A stretch of 64,000 nucleotides of DNA from assembly GCA_053919585.1 (NCBI GenBank), contig CM132783.1; one strand, given 5' to 3'. Below, piece after piece: positions 38,073-51,843 of this stretch. The notes under the pieces were generated by a model. It had not been told where the DNA came from and did no database searches. It worked only from the letters and a program-made list of their open reading frames with translations. The number at the start of each line of letters is the position of its first letter. Position 1 is the stretch's first letter. Source of the DNA: Euprymna scolopes. Its lineage: Eukaryota. Position numbers and translations under genes: made by a program.

Positions 38073-41000
38073 TTACATGGGGTCACCACTTATAAAGGCC
38101 CGGAAACCACTCGGGGTAAGGATTATTGCGTGTACAGTAATCAATGGGATATTATCGTAGTAATCGTTAGTAATGGAGATTTGATAAAGTGTATTACTTA
38201 AGGGGGCGAACATAAATGAATTTGTTTATGTTGGACTTGAAGACATCCAAGTTGTATTCAGGTGGGAAACAGGCATACGGAAGAGAGTTCCACAGGCGCG
38301 CACTTCTAAGAAAGAAGCTTTGTTCATGGAATCTCCGTTTTGATTTAGACACAGATAAAGAGTGGAGAAAATTACTGACAGTGGTTTCAGATAGATGGGT
38401 GTTTTTCGTGAAAGATTGGCGAAGGGAGACCAGCGATTGGAACTCAGAGGAGCACTTGCCATGGAAATAACGATAAAACAACGAAATGATCGCAACGTCT
38501 CTTCTGTGGGAGAAAGATTTCAGGGAAGATAGAAGAGCATCCTCCACTAGACTACTAAATCTATTTTGAACTCTGTCCAGCCAGGATAGGCTGTATTTAG
38601 CAGCTCCTGTACGTATGAGACAACAGTACTTCATCCTTGGACGTACTTGGCTTTTATATACGTATAGAATTGCATTAACAGTGAAATCTATAATGGAGCG
38701 GTAGAAGGATCCCGCCATGTTTCCAGCGACTTCGGCTACAGACTTGATGTATGTGTTACATTTCAGATAAGAGGCAAAGGTCAAACCCAGAAGCTTGTCA
38801 AAACATGGAGCCTCCCCAAGCCGAGAGCCATCCATTTCAATTGATGCCAGATGGGAATCAGAGCGTTGATGATGTAAAAATAGGAGTTTGGTTTTAGATG
38901 CATTAAAAGTAACCAGCCACCTCTTCGCCCACTGTACCACGCGCTCAAGATCAGAGGAGAGAGAATCAGAGAGAACTTTGTCATTTACGGCCTTTGATGT
39001 GTTGCCGTAGATGGCCGTGTCATCAGCATAGATGTCAACGAATGATTTTAGTATGTGTTTTGGAAGATCATTGATGTTGATCAGGAAGAGAGTTGGGCCC
39101 AGGATGAACTCCTGAGGGACTCCAGCATTAATACTGTGGGCCTCTGATTTCTGCCCATCAACTACTACTCTTATGAGCCTATCAGAGAGAAATGGTGTAA
39201 TAATTGAGAAAATATTTTAAGTTATACCGTAGCTAAAAAGCTTGTGAAGTAGACCCTTATGCCATACCTTATCGAAGGCCTTTGATATGTCAAGAGCAAT
39301 TGCCCTAGAAAGGAAGCCTTTGTCGAGATATTCACTAATCCTATGAGATATAACCGGTAGCACATCTGTTGTAGATCTAGCAGAACGGAAACCGTATTGC
39401 ATGTGACTAAGAAGGTTATTTCTGCTGAGGTGGTTGACTACTTCTCTATTTATTATGGATTTCAGCAACTTACTCATGACACACAGGAGATTATTAGTCT
39501 GTACTGAGTGGGAGATGACTTATCACCTGAGTTCTTAAATACAGGGTATACTGATGAGGTTTTCCAGGATGTTGGAAAGCACTTCTCCTGAAGTAAGTAT
39601 GGGGAAAAGTTCTGGTTGAAGCTTTTTTAACACTATAATTGGAATGCCGTCTGGGCCAGTTGCTTTACTGGAATCAACGTTCTTGAGTAGCTTGGCGACC
39701 TCACGCACAGATATTTGTATAGCGTGTTGTCTGTTATAGGTGGAAATATGGGAAGTTAATGGCCTTCGTCGCATAGGGTAGAATTTGCTGCAAAGGTCTT
39801 GGCAAATAGTTTGGCCTTGTCTGATGCTGACGAGATGACCTCAGGTCTATTGATGATGGTTGGGATAGAACGCACGATTCTGTTCAGGATCCTGTTTGCT
39901 ATTTGCCAGAACTGGTGGGAACCAAGCCGCTGCTCAGCTACTTTGGATTTAACGGACTAAGCATATAGCTCTCTTGCATTTTTGATTACGCTTTTACAGT
40001 GGTTGCTGGCAGTCCTGAAGCAGCTTTATCTCAGTACATCTATTATGTTGGTAGCTATGGAAAAGGTGATTTCTGTGCGTGATGACAGCAGCACATTCTG
40101 GGGAGAACCATCACTGGCGGTTAGGTGTTTGTTGGAATTTTTTGGATGGTATGAATCGGTCTATGCCTACAATTAACCATTCGGTCAGGACTGATACTAT
40201 AGAGGACACATCCTTTTTAACCATGGAATGCAGAGGTGAATCAGATATGAATGTACGGAACCTATCCAAGTCAACCATAGAGTATCGATATACAGTACGT
40301 TGGAGAGGTACGTCTGAAGACTTATTACATTTCATTTTTATCTTAACTGATACGACGGAGTGGTCGGAAGATCCCAGGGGAGATAGAACGGAACATGAAC
40401 ATAGCTCAGGGGAAGTGGTGAGAAAAAAGGTCTAGAAGGCTTGCATACTGACCAGTAGTATCGGGCACACGGGTGGGTTCGTGAACAATCTGAGTGAGGT
40501 CATAGGCATTGGCAAAATCATGACAGGACCTTCCCTCATCATCTGTCTTATTTGAGTTGATGAGTCATTCCACATTATGGACATTGAAGTCATCGCAAAT
40601 GTGAATGTTAGCCAAAGGATGAGCAGACAGGATGTGGTCAATTTTCTCACATATACTCTTAAAGATAGTAACCTCGCTGTTGTGGGGGCAATAAAGTGCA
40701 AAGGTAAGTGCGGTGGTGTAAGCAAGTGCAACCCGAAAGCACATACAAGGTAAATTAAGGTTCTCTCTGGAGATATCCATACCACACGGAAACCCATCTT
40801 TTATATAGGCACATATTCCATGCCCATGCCGATCTTGGGGGTCAGATTTAGATGTTAAGTTAGAGTATCCGTTAAGTATGAACTCATCTAGGGAAGTGGT
40901 CGGCCCTATGCCAGTTTCGCTTGGAAAGAATATGTCTCCTGTAATTGTGTTTCAACCTCTGGAAAGTTGGAACGTAGACCCCTGATGTTGGAGAAAGAGA

Positions 41001-41682
41001 TACGGTAGTAGGGGTCTACGTTGGAGGATAGGGTTCTAGTTTTATTCGTGTTTTTTTTTAGATATTTCATGTTGAATTTTTGGGATTGGTGGAACAGGTC
41101 GACAGGCTTTTTTAGACTTGGTTCAAGCAGGACAGTGAGGGAAAATAAGAGAGAAAAAAGACAATACATTTTTTTTGTGGCACATGATGAGGTAAAGCCG
41201 TAACAATTACCCACTAGTATGGCATCGAGAGTCCCCACCATAAGCTACTGCATGGTCCAGAATCCATTCACCAAATGGCAATACAGCAGCCTCAGTACTT
41301 TGCACCTGCTGATAGGACAGCCTCCTTAATGGTTAATCCAAGGTCCGGGTCCCTTACTATCAGGCGGATAGCGTCAGCCCAGATGAAACGTTTACCTCCA
41401 GCACCCTTACATGTTACTTGGCCACAAGGATAGACATAGAAATAGAAAATTTCCGATATCTTAGGCTACTGTTCATAAAGTACTACCGACCTGGAAAACA
41501 GCTTATTCTTCAACCTTTGTCAGAAAAATCACTCATTGGAAATGAGAACTGAAGGACAAAAAAGGAGAAGCTAGACTTACTGGAGCTGCCGATAACACAT
41601 CCACATGCATTATCTACTCTCTATTAAAAAAAAAGGTAAAAGAGACTTATTAATATTTGCTTAATATAAGTCCGTTGCTCCA
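38073..41682 (-). mobile_element. Near full-length CR1-group (Zenon-like) LINE, single APE-RT ORF, pseudogenised
   Basis: ISFSNIRGL, DFNVH, LGSSDH, ALDISKAFDKVWH, GVPQEFILGP, YADDT, LWNSLP; about 600 nt leader shared with 51240-51843; no ORF1 seen. Confidence 0.92.
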
Positions 41683-41869
41683 TTCCTAGTTTAGGACGAT
41701 ATTGTAAAAAATATCCCCTACCCCCATATTAATGCGTGGATATGTTTGCTTTTATCTACCTCGATAGAGAATGTTAAATAATCCTATCTTTACTCTATAA
41801 TGGAGCTTTTATCAATTTGTGGAGTCGGATTATTTTGTATTATTATTATTCGGATTCTGATAATCATGT

Positions 41870-42135
41870 TTTTTTACAAAGGAGTCACGACTTATCAATG
41901 CTGGAAGACCACACGAGTTTAAGTGTTAATGAGTGTATTGTGATCATCGAGACAACAGCATAGTAATAGATTGGGTAAAATCAGATTAGTTAAGAAGACG
42001 ATTCAAGAAAACTTGTTTACATTGGACTTGAAAAGTACAACGTTGTAATTAACTAGAAAATATGCCAACAGAACAAAAGTCCACAGGCGGGCAGTTTTAT
42101 GGAACGAAGCAGTGTTCGTGGAATTTGCATATTCC
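41870..42135 (-). mobile_element. Old decayed CR1 family A 3' end
   Basis: ggagtcacgacttatcaa..ttggacttgaa..ccacaggcgggcagtt aligns by eye to family A end. Confidence 0.7.
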
Positions 42136-43090
42136 TGATATTAAGTGTCGTCTCGAAAGTCAATTACATAATTAGGGGAATTATACTCCCTAGTGCCGAA
42201 AAAGCAAAAAAGCAGCGAAAGGTTACAGACAGTAGTGACAAATTAAATTGTGCTATGAGAATGAATAACTGTCCAGTTTTGTTTTTTGTGTGTCTTGCAT
42301 TGCACATTGTGCAATGGCTTTTTAATATTATCTAAAACCGGAAGCCCCCCCCCCAAAAAAGGTTATAGTTTATTGACACGGTACGAATAAGTACAAGAGA
42401 ATGTGAATGCTTGTTTAAATCAAATACAAAAAGAAGTAATCTATTGTAATTTGTCATTCAATGTATTGCATTATCCACCATGTAGAGTTTTTTTAAGCAC
42501 ATCTAAAACGGAAGTTGTCACTTCTAAAAATAAAGGTCACAGTTTATTCACAAGGCGGGAACGAGGAAAGAAAGGGGAGGACAACACATCCTAAATGTAA
42601 CTTCGTGTTTTAACCAGACGCAAAAAGAAAGGGAAAAAAGATTATAGACATGAACTCATCTAATTTTATGTCGAGGCTAAAATTATAAACTTGGTTCATT
42701 TTCTGGCCAATAGGCATATTATTACTACGTCGAATCGGCCACGAGATTATTACCTAATACGCACAGTTAAACATAAGTTTTACTCGCAAATAAGAACGTT
42801 GCTATTTTTGGGTCTTTCTTATTAGTAAAGCGTGAATCAACCAGGAATTAAGTTTTCTTTTCCTCGCTTGGGATTATATTCGCACGCATTTGATTATATT
42901 CACACAGTTATCACTTTTCCTAACAAGTTTTGGAACTGGTGAGTAAATTATTTGAATCTCAAAAATGGCATATTTTTATTCATTCAAGTCAAATTTTATA
43001 CTTTTTTGACTAAAATAACTTTTTTGTTCTTTTGTTCTTGAATTGTTGAGATGAGGATTGATTATTCATATTAGATGATTTCTTTTTCTA

Positions 43091-43564
43091 TTCTCATCTT
43101 GAGTTTTATTTTCACAGCATTTCGGTCGATATAACATCTAAACTTTCTTAAGATATGTCTCATCGAACTCGGAAATGTGCAGAGAAATTTGAACGGAACT
43201 TTCATTTAATTTACTCGGGTAGGATGTTCTTGTTTTGTCAGCCATGAGTGAGTAGGAGTACTAAGCAATTCGCAATTTTATTTTGAGTGTCGCTAGTATT
43301 TGCGAGTGTACCTTTAACCTATTTTGAGTGTCGCTAGTATTTGCGACTGTACCTTTAACCTCGAGGAGAGTGTAACTTTATAATTGATTTTTACCTCATC
43401 CAATTTTGCCACCGGTATTTGTTGGAGCATGTTACCAATGTCAATTAAATTTTAAAAATCTCGTTCGAAATTCTGTGAAGATTCCCGAGTTCGGCAGCTA
43501 CACCTTATAATGGTCGGAAATAACATCGGCCAAAACGTTGTGAAAATAACACTCAAGATGAGAA
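43091..43564. mobile_element. Inverted-repeat element with decayed hammerhead-like arms and 41-bp internal duplication
   Basis: Arms 43091-43196 / 43462-43564; related single arms near 26505-26575 (-) and 44600-44700 (+); duplication 43280-43361. Confidence 0.65.
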
Positions 43565-46500
43565 CACTCGTTTGTAGAATTCAAATGATACGAATATTAT
43601 TTGTTTTCTCATTGTCAGTTTATATCACGTTTTTTCTTCTATACGTGCACCTGTCTTGTATACAACTGATTTATACAGGTATTAATTTTGTCCACTTATA
43701 TTTTGCAAATCTATAGTTTTTATTTATTTTTCTCTCCGGCATAGCGGTTGTAGTGTAGAGAAAACAAAAAAGGGGGTATTTTTGGATTGGAACAAAAAAA
43801 TCTCTTTTGTCAATTATTTGAATTATTCGGTCTAATGTTTTTTTGATCTCAAGTATTATTCTAACAAAGTTTCGGCAGAAGTTATTTAAGTGTATTTTCT
43901 CCAACTGAATAGTTTCGGTCGAACACGAACGAGGACATTTGTCCAAATAATATAAATAATCTAAATTATAAATTCGTATAAAAAAAATTGAGAAACACAA
44001 TGTTTCAATTTAGAATTATATGGGAGGATTTTCACTTCTCTGATTGGAACACAAAAATGAATTATATTATCAAAAGAAATAGTACATTTTATATTATTTA
44101 TTTGTTATGGAGTAAAAAGTGAAATGGAACAAATTGGGCGCAAATATAACAGATACTACACTTTATTTCAAATTAAAAGGAAATGCATAGGCTGTAGACA
44201 AGAAATTATATTTAACTCATATATGAAACTGTGATAAGTGTTATAATTATGAGTCCTTGTTGGTCAGCGAGTAATCACTGTTAAAAGTAGATACTCTCTA
44301 AAGCTGACAAATTGACGTCTCGGCATCGTAAGCATATATTAGTCACATGAACAGTAGATTATTTATTTGTGAAAATCAAACATTTATAGTTACAATGTCT
44401 CGAAATAAGTTGTTATATTTCTTAGCACAGTCAAAAAATACGAAAGCAAAACTGAGAAGTGGAGTATGAGTGCAAATGATTTAACATAAATTTTAATTAT
44501 TAGTGTCAACACAGACGTCATTAGATGCGTTGTATAGTACATACAACATAACTCTAATCATATATATATATATTTTTTCACACACACACATATATTCAAA
44601 TAGATCGGAGCTTACATTAACCAGAACATTGTGAAAATAACGCTTAAAATAAGAACAGAAATCCGGAGAATATACACAATACAAATAGTCTATCCTCATC
44701 TTACATTTTAGACATTATGTCATGTTTTAGTGCAAGTGTTTGGATGTATATTTACGTAGGCCATACTTTAGTTCGACTTGATTAGACGTGTGTATCCCTT
44801 TTGCAAGAAATGACCATTTTAATATCCAACATTTAACTCATCTGTTTTTTTTTTGCTAATGGATCCAAGTTTATTCTTTCTTTCCATGCCTGTGCCTGGT
44901 TTCAGGTTCATAATATTTATTTGGATGACCTTTTGATTAATTCGATTATTATTTGATGTTTTTTATTACATATTATCGCCGGTAGCACGTCTTTGGCAAA
45001 ATGATTTTTGTTACATACGGCCTAAGTACTAAATATGGTAAGAGGTTCATGATTTCAATTAAATAACATTTTGGTACATTTGCTAATTATTTTATGTCCT
45101 TTTCCCATTTTGTCGCTGTATATACGTGTTTATAAAAACGATTTATTGGTATACACAGCTTGCATATTAGACAGCAGAGCACAAAGTGTTCTTTCCATAA
45201 AACAAGTCCAGGTTAAAACATGTGACTTTAAAGAAAAGTTGACTAAAATTTCATGAAGTAATTTGTTGACAAAAACTACGAAATGAAAGAAGCAAATCCA
45301 AATCTAGCTTGAAAAATAGTTGATTCAAATGTCCTTGTAGAACCATCCCTCCGCCATTTATAACAGGATATTCTAACGGCTTTTGCGGTGGTTTCTATTT
45401 GTTTTAATTTCTTATTTTCTTCTTCTTCATCTCCTTTTTCGTCTTGCGGTGTCATCTTAATGATCATGGTGGATGCTAGCACCGACTTACAATCATAAAC
45501 AAATAAAACAACGTAAACTCATCAGAAAAAATACAACTTAGATACATTATGTATAAATCAGTTGTGCCTCTGAGAGTGTCTGATAAAGGACCATTAAACG
45601 TTATCTGCTAATTGCTATCTCTCGAGTCATCTCTGCTTATGGGTTAAAACTAAACCCGATCTGACTAACGCTTCCAATTTTTTTCGCTCCCCCCCTGCGA
45701 GTTACCAACCGTCGTTCAGTGTCCTAAAACCCTCCATCAAATGTCGTAAACTAGAAAACTGTTCTAAAACAAACTTTGACGCTTAAATTTATTGATTGAA
45801 AACTGGAAATCCTGTATTCGATCTTTTGTCTAATTTTGTGACAGAAAAGCGTGACTCACCCTCTCGGCCATTGTCAGGTGACTACAAATTCCATTTCTGA
45901 AATTCTTTGTTGCCTAATTTCTAACAATTATCCTGGCTCATTTACCCTCAACAATTTTTTCCAGTTTTTATCAGTCACTTCCCGGTAGACATCCATAGTA
46001 TCACATCCTAACCTGAAACAATAATAGACCTAAATCTTCGATCTTAAAAAAAAACTTTTAAGGTAATAACTTCAAAAAAAGTTGACTAAAATATCCTGAA
46101 TATGAGAAATCCGTCTTACCTAAAAAAAAAAACTGACCAACAGTAAATGTCGAAATAAGTTGGTCAAATAATTTTATTTTTCAAACTATCTGACGAAAAA
46201 ATCCTACCTGTAAAAAATAACTGACATCATTCTCCCTCGATCAAAGTATGTGACTAAAATATCCTACCTTGAAAAAACACCGTACTTTTTAGAGACCTAT
46301 AGGTCATAACTTGAGAGAAAGAAATATTCAAAACTTGTTTCCTTGACGAAAATATTTAGCAAAAACGTTTTTTTTTCAAGCTATAGTACAAATATATTTT
46401 TCACGGATAATCAATAGTGCTTCAGGGATTCAATTTAATACTTGAAATTCTAATTTTTAGTCAAAGTCTTAATTATTTAAATATTTAAATAGCTGTAATC

Positions 46501-46667
46501 AGTTCCCATTGGCGGACATGTTTGGCCAACTTTTTACATTTATAATGATAGTGATAGCCTCAATAGTACATGGTGGAAGACGTTTAATTATTATTAAAAT
46601 TTTAATTTCAATTGCTGGTACTGGTTATAAAATCATAACTATTTATTGATTTAAAACTGAAATCTAT

Positions 46668-46764
46668 AGATGATGATGATAATAATAATAATAATGATAA
46701 TAATAATAATAATAATAATAATGATAATAATAATAATAATAATAATAATACTGATGATGATAAT
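46668..46764. repeat. (AAT/GAT)n trinucleotide microsatellite
   Basis: Direct reading. Confidence 0.95.
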
Positions 46765-46904
46765 ATCAAAATATGATGTAAATTTATTTTACCTGTGTAC
46801 AAAAATGAACCATTACATGAATTCGCCACGACAAAATTTCTTTCCTTTAAAAATTGCAAAAAAAAACTTTCTCAACCAATGATTGCCATGATTAATAGTA
46901 AGCT

Positions 46905-47340
46905 ACCTGACACCTTTTCATTCAAATTCCTCGGCTGAACATTATCAGGTAACATCAATTGGAACAAATGCATCGAAAATATTGCCAAGTTTGCTCTAAA
47001 AAATCTGATATTTTACTACCATGCCAGAAAACTACTCACACCTGAGAGTATTTCCTATGTCTACAAGGCCACTATTCAACCATACATAGAGTATTTTTGC
47101 AACATCTAGGCTGGTGCATCTACCAATAGCTTCTTACTCTTAGACAGGATCCACAAAATAGTCTCTAATCTAATACTTTAACCTTTGTCCCATCGTTGTG
47201 CTGTTGCCGTGTGCGTATTTTACAAGCATTCTAATGGAATGCACTCTGACGAGCTCGTAATACTTTTGCACCCTTCGACGTAAATACTCCCGACTAACGC
47301 GACAAGTAGCAAAATCCTATCCCTACAATGTAGAGATTCC

Positions 47341-47382
<42 letters not shown>

Positions 47383-47460
47383 CTATATCTTCTACTCTAA
47401 TAGTTTCTTCCATCAAACTGCTTTGAAATCATCTTCCAAGTTATTGCTTCCTGATTGTGT
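46905..47460 (+). mobile_element. CR1 family B 3' coding fragment with (TA)n expansion
   Basis: NWNKCIENIAK, VYKATIQPYIEYFCNI*AGAS, PYNVEIP. Confidence 0.8.
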
Positions 47461-47619
47461 CTTCTTTGTCATAAGAGTATTACAGTTTATTAAAAAAAAA
47501 AGAAAGAAGTCAGAAAATTTTTTAAACAATTAAAAAGATTTTTGTGAAAAAAATCATAAAATCATTGATAATTATATAAAAAGTAAAGTATGTACACTAT
47601 TTTTAGTTGGATTCTTTGT

Positions 47620-49930
47620 ATAATTTCTTTTGTTAGTCGTTTACCTGGGGGGGTTGTTATTTTGTTGTCTTGTATGATATGATGGGTTTTGTCCAGTACT
47701 TTAACAAGCATTTCAAAATGTCCAAAAATGCGAAAGAAAAATTTGAACACTTTGAAAGGCGATGAATTAAGAATAACTAGATTTAATTGTTTACGGTTCT
47801 TCTGCAAAAAACAAAACAAAAACAAAACAAAACAAAACAAAAAAAAACACAATTTGACAACAATACTACTTTGACTTTGACTTTCCATGAATGAATTGAT
47901 ATTAAAACAACATTTCTGATGATATAAAAAAAGAAGAATCATAAAAATGATTCCTGATTCACATTTTTGTATCAGCTTGTTTACTTGTTGCATTTTCTTC
48001 CCACTCACAAGAACACAAAGACTTTTCACACGAGAGGAAACGTGGACAAGATTTTTCAACAGAAAAAGTAACGTTCTTTTCAATTTTCTTATCAGTTTCT
48101 TCAAGCTAGGGATGGGACATCTTACCGCAAGCCAGATATTCACTCGCTATTTCTTATATTCCAACCGAGAAATATTTTTAAGATTCAATCCGCCTCTTTT
48201 AAATGCAATTGTTTGAATCTTGCTTGCACTTAGTTAACCGGGTATATTTTCCATGTAGTTTTAAAAATTCTTTTAATAAGTTCAGTTCCTTCTATAATTA
48301 CTGAAATGATAGATATCTTCCACAGTTCTAAGTTCTTTTCATGTTGTACATATAATAGCTTGGTATTACCTTTTTTCCCCGTCTCAGATCTGTTAAATTT
48401 CTTCTAAGATTGCTTCTTGCTAGATCTTGTCCCATATCAGCATGCCAAGTTTAATAGCTGCGTTTTCAAAGTGCGCCGCTGTATGAATTTCATAATCCTA
48501 GCGGATGGTATATAACTAATTTCTAATTCTTCTTTCTGGTATATGTTCCCAGAGCTTATTCAATATTCAACATTTTATAGATCATTCAGTGGAGATATTT
48601 ACACACTCCCTTGTGTCGCACCATATAGTAACAGTCCTTTAGCAGAACCTTACAGCTGGATGTTGGGTAGTTCACACTCTATTTCTATGTAGCAGAAACT
48701 GTACTTGTTGTCATTGCTGAGACCACTCATCTTCTTAAAAGCATTTGTCATCAAGACGATCTTGATCAGCCATTTTAATAAACTCCTGGACATAGTACAG
48801 ATAACTATTTTTCTTTTTATCAAGTCAATAGCAACTTCTTTATCGATATAGTCCTGAATGAATTATCTCAGAAAATAATTTTGAGGCACTGTTCATTGGC
48901 GCATCTTTCCAGTTTTAGCAATAGAAGTTTCTGGTATATTTTTAGTGACTTTTTGGGGTTAATTAATTCTGTCATTATTTGTTAAACGGTTTTTACAAAA
49001 TGTTTATCCAGTTCCGTGATTGTTGGCTCTTATTTCTGTGATGTTGATATAGCATTTTAAGGTTTGGATTTAGTGAATTTATCAGATATTCCCGGTGCAA
49101 GCAACAGTGGCACCATGCTGATGATCACTCCATGTGAGACCTATACTCCGTACTCCTCTAGGCAGAAACGGTCTAAGCAGACACAGATTTCTCGCTTATT
49201 TTGTCAAATGTCAGTATTTTTATCAAGCTGTGTGCATTGTGTTGTGTTCCTCTTCTATGATGGAGCACTTCGCACATTTGTTTAAATCAAACTTCATTTC
49301 AATATCTCTTAACCTGCAAGAGTCGACTCCAGTCACCGTCTGAGTTGGCATACAGCTTAATCTTATCGATAGAGAGCAGGTTTTTAGGTCTTGTTGGTGG
49401 CCATAGCACAAATTATAGGCACTTGGGTTTTTTCTTGAGTAGTTTTTTAAATGGATTTATCGCCCGGCAGTAAAAGAGATTGGCTATCTTCTTGGAAAAG
49501 TCCTCTTCTGATCTTGATGCGATTGTTACAGTTCTGTCACATTTTCATATGTACAACCATGTCTTCTTGGTTACTGGAGAAATCTTACAAAAATCAAGGC
49601 ACCGTAACAGCTAGGCATGGAACATAGTTATGTACGTTTTGGTAATCAATCGAAGTCATGTTTAAGTTTCTTTGCCTCTTCAGTTCTCAAGAATGGTTTA
49701 TTAATCGACAACCGGTCTTTGAAGCCCAACACATCCTTTTACAACTTGCCTGTTCTTCTTTCAGATATGCTCCAGAGAAGTGTTGATAGATGATTTCTGT
49801 CATAGGTACAAGTGAAGGAATTGCAGATTATAGTTAAACAGAAGATGAGTCTGTTACTTACTAAGGCGTTGTGTTTCACGCGTTTGCAGTATAAGGGCTG
49901 CATCACCGTTTAACAGCCATGTTACAGAAA
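47620..49930 (-). mobile_element. R4/Dong-type RLE non-LTR retrotransposon remnants, fragmented
   Basis: IKLYANS and DIEMKFDLNKCAK (RT end); decayed CCHC, VRHKGVCKYLH, WEHIPE, DYEIHT, GMLIWDK (RLE domain). Confidence 0.75.
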
Positions 49931-50599
49931 GTGCCTATACATTTTTAAATGTTTGCTGTGAATTAAAATATTTTATTTACTTGATCCAGACCTAAATTTA
50001 TATTTTAATATAATGAGGAGATGCAAATTTGTTTTTTGTTTGTGTGTCTATTAGTAAAGTGGACAATTTTAGTATATAAGAACTTATATGAAGCATTATT
50101 ATTATTAGTAGTAGTAGTTGTATTATTGTTGTTGTTGTTGTTGTTGTTGTGGAGGAGGAGGAGGAGGAGGAGGAGGAATAACGCAGCCAGCATTTCATCC
50201 CAAACAAAATTAAATTTGTTTCAATGCGATTATGTGTGAACATTCTAAACAACTTAGGTTGATTAAAAATATTCTGATGAGGCAAGAAATGCGTTTCCCA
50301 TTTAACGTAAAATTATCTCCAATCCGATGCCATTCTAACGTTTTAGGAAAATAAGCAAAAATATATTTCTATCTAAGATAACTATGTTGTGCTTTTAAGG
50401 GTTGGGAGATACTTTTAAGCATAACGTATGGATACCAATCGGACTTAGGGTCGGGGGTAATAGACATTCAATGAACTAGAAAAACTAGAATTGACTGGAA
50501 ATTGGGATCATTTTACGTAAAATGTATGTACGAAACTACTTCACCCAAACTTAATTCTAGAATAATTTTGTTGGAATCTATTTGGTGGGTTTTTGTACA

Positions 50600-51843
50600 A
50601 GGTGACCGAAGTATCAGGCACACGGGTGTGTTCGTGAACAATCTGTGTAAGGTCATAGGCAATGACGAATCATGAGAGAACCTCCCCTCATCATCTCTCT
50701 TGTTCGAGGGAGTCAACCATTCCACAATGTGGACATTGAAGTCACCACAAATGTGGATGTTAGCCGAAGGATGAGCAGACAGGATGTGGCAATTCTCTCT
50801 GATATGTTCTTAGATAGTAACTCCGCTGTTGTGGGGGAGATAGAGGGCAAATATAAATATAAATTAAGTGCTGTAAGCAAGTGCAGCCCGGAAGCACATT
50901 TAAGGTAAATTAGGGACTTCACTGGAGATATCCCTACCACATGGGAAACCATCTTTAATGTAGGCACATATTCCATGCCCATGACGATCTTGGGGGTCAG
51001 ATTTAGATGTTAAGTAAGAGTATCCTTTAATTATGAATTCATCTAGAGAAGTGGTTAGCCCTATTCCAGTTTCGCATAGAAAGAATATGTCCGGTTTCGT
51101 CTCCTATAATTGTGTTTCAACCTCTGGAAGGTTGGAACGTGGACCCCTGATGTTGGAGAACGAGACCTGGTAGTAGGGGTCTACGTTGGAGGATAGAGTT
51201 CTAGGTTTATCCGTGATATTTTCTGGAGATATTTTATGTTCAGGATTTGGGATTTGTGGAATAGGTCGACAGACTTGGTTAGAGCAGAACAGAGAGGGAA
51301 TGTAGGAGAGAAAAGATAGGATTTTTTGTATCACATGATAAGGTAAAGCTGTAACAATTACCGACTAGTATGACATCGAGAGGCCTCACTAGAAACTGCA
51401 TGGTCCAGAATCCATTCACCAGATGACAATACAGCAGCCTAAGTACTTTGCACCTGCTGATAGGGCAGCCTCATTAGTGGTTAATCCAAGGTTCGCGTCC
51501 CTGACTTTCAGGCGGATAACGTCAGCCCAGATGAAACGTTTATCTCCAGCACCCTTACCAGAGACATGACCACAAGAATAGACATAAAAAAACCAGAAAA
51601 TTTCCGACATGTCAGGCTACTGTTCACGAAATACTGTCGTCCTCGAGAGCAGCTTTTTCTTCACCCTTTGTCAGAAAAATCACTCATACGAAATGAGGAC
51701 TGAGGGACAATAAGGAGAAGCGAGAGTACCGAGAGCGGCCGATAACGCACCCACGATGCGTTGTCTACTCTCTATTTAAAAAAACAGGAGGAGGTTTAGG
51801 GACTTATTAATATTTACTTAGTATAAGTGCGAGGCTCTAATTC
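50600..51843 (-). mobile_element. CR1 family A 5' part (leader and APE N-terminus)
   Basis: Colinear with 40455-41682; VSFSNIRGPRSNLPEVETQL, GDFNVH. Confidence 0.9.

Noticed and set aside
45859-46012. Minus-strand segment bounded by good acceptor and donor sites
   Set aside because: Stops in all three frames; could only be a non-coding exon, which cannot be supported without transcripts
49660-49690. CTGAAGA-ggcaaa-GAAAC on minus strand
   Set aside because: No stem II possible; lies within LINE remnant
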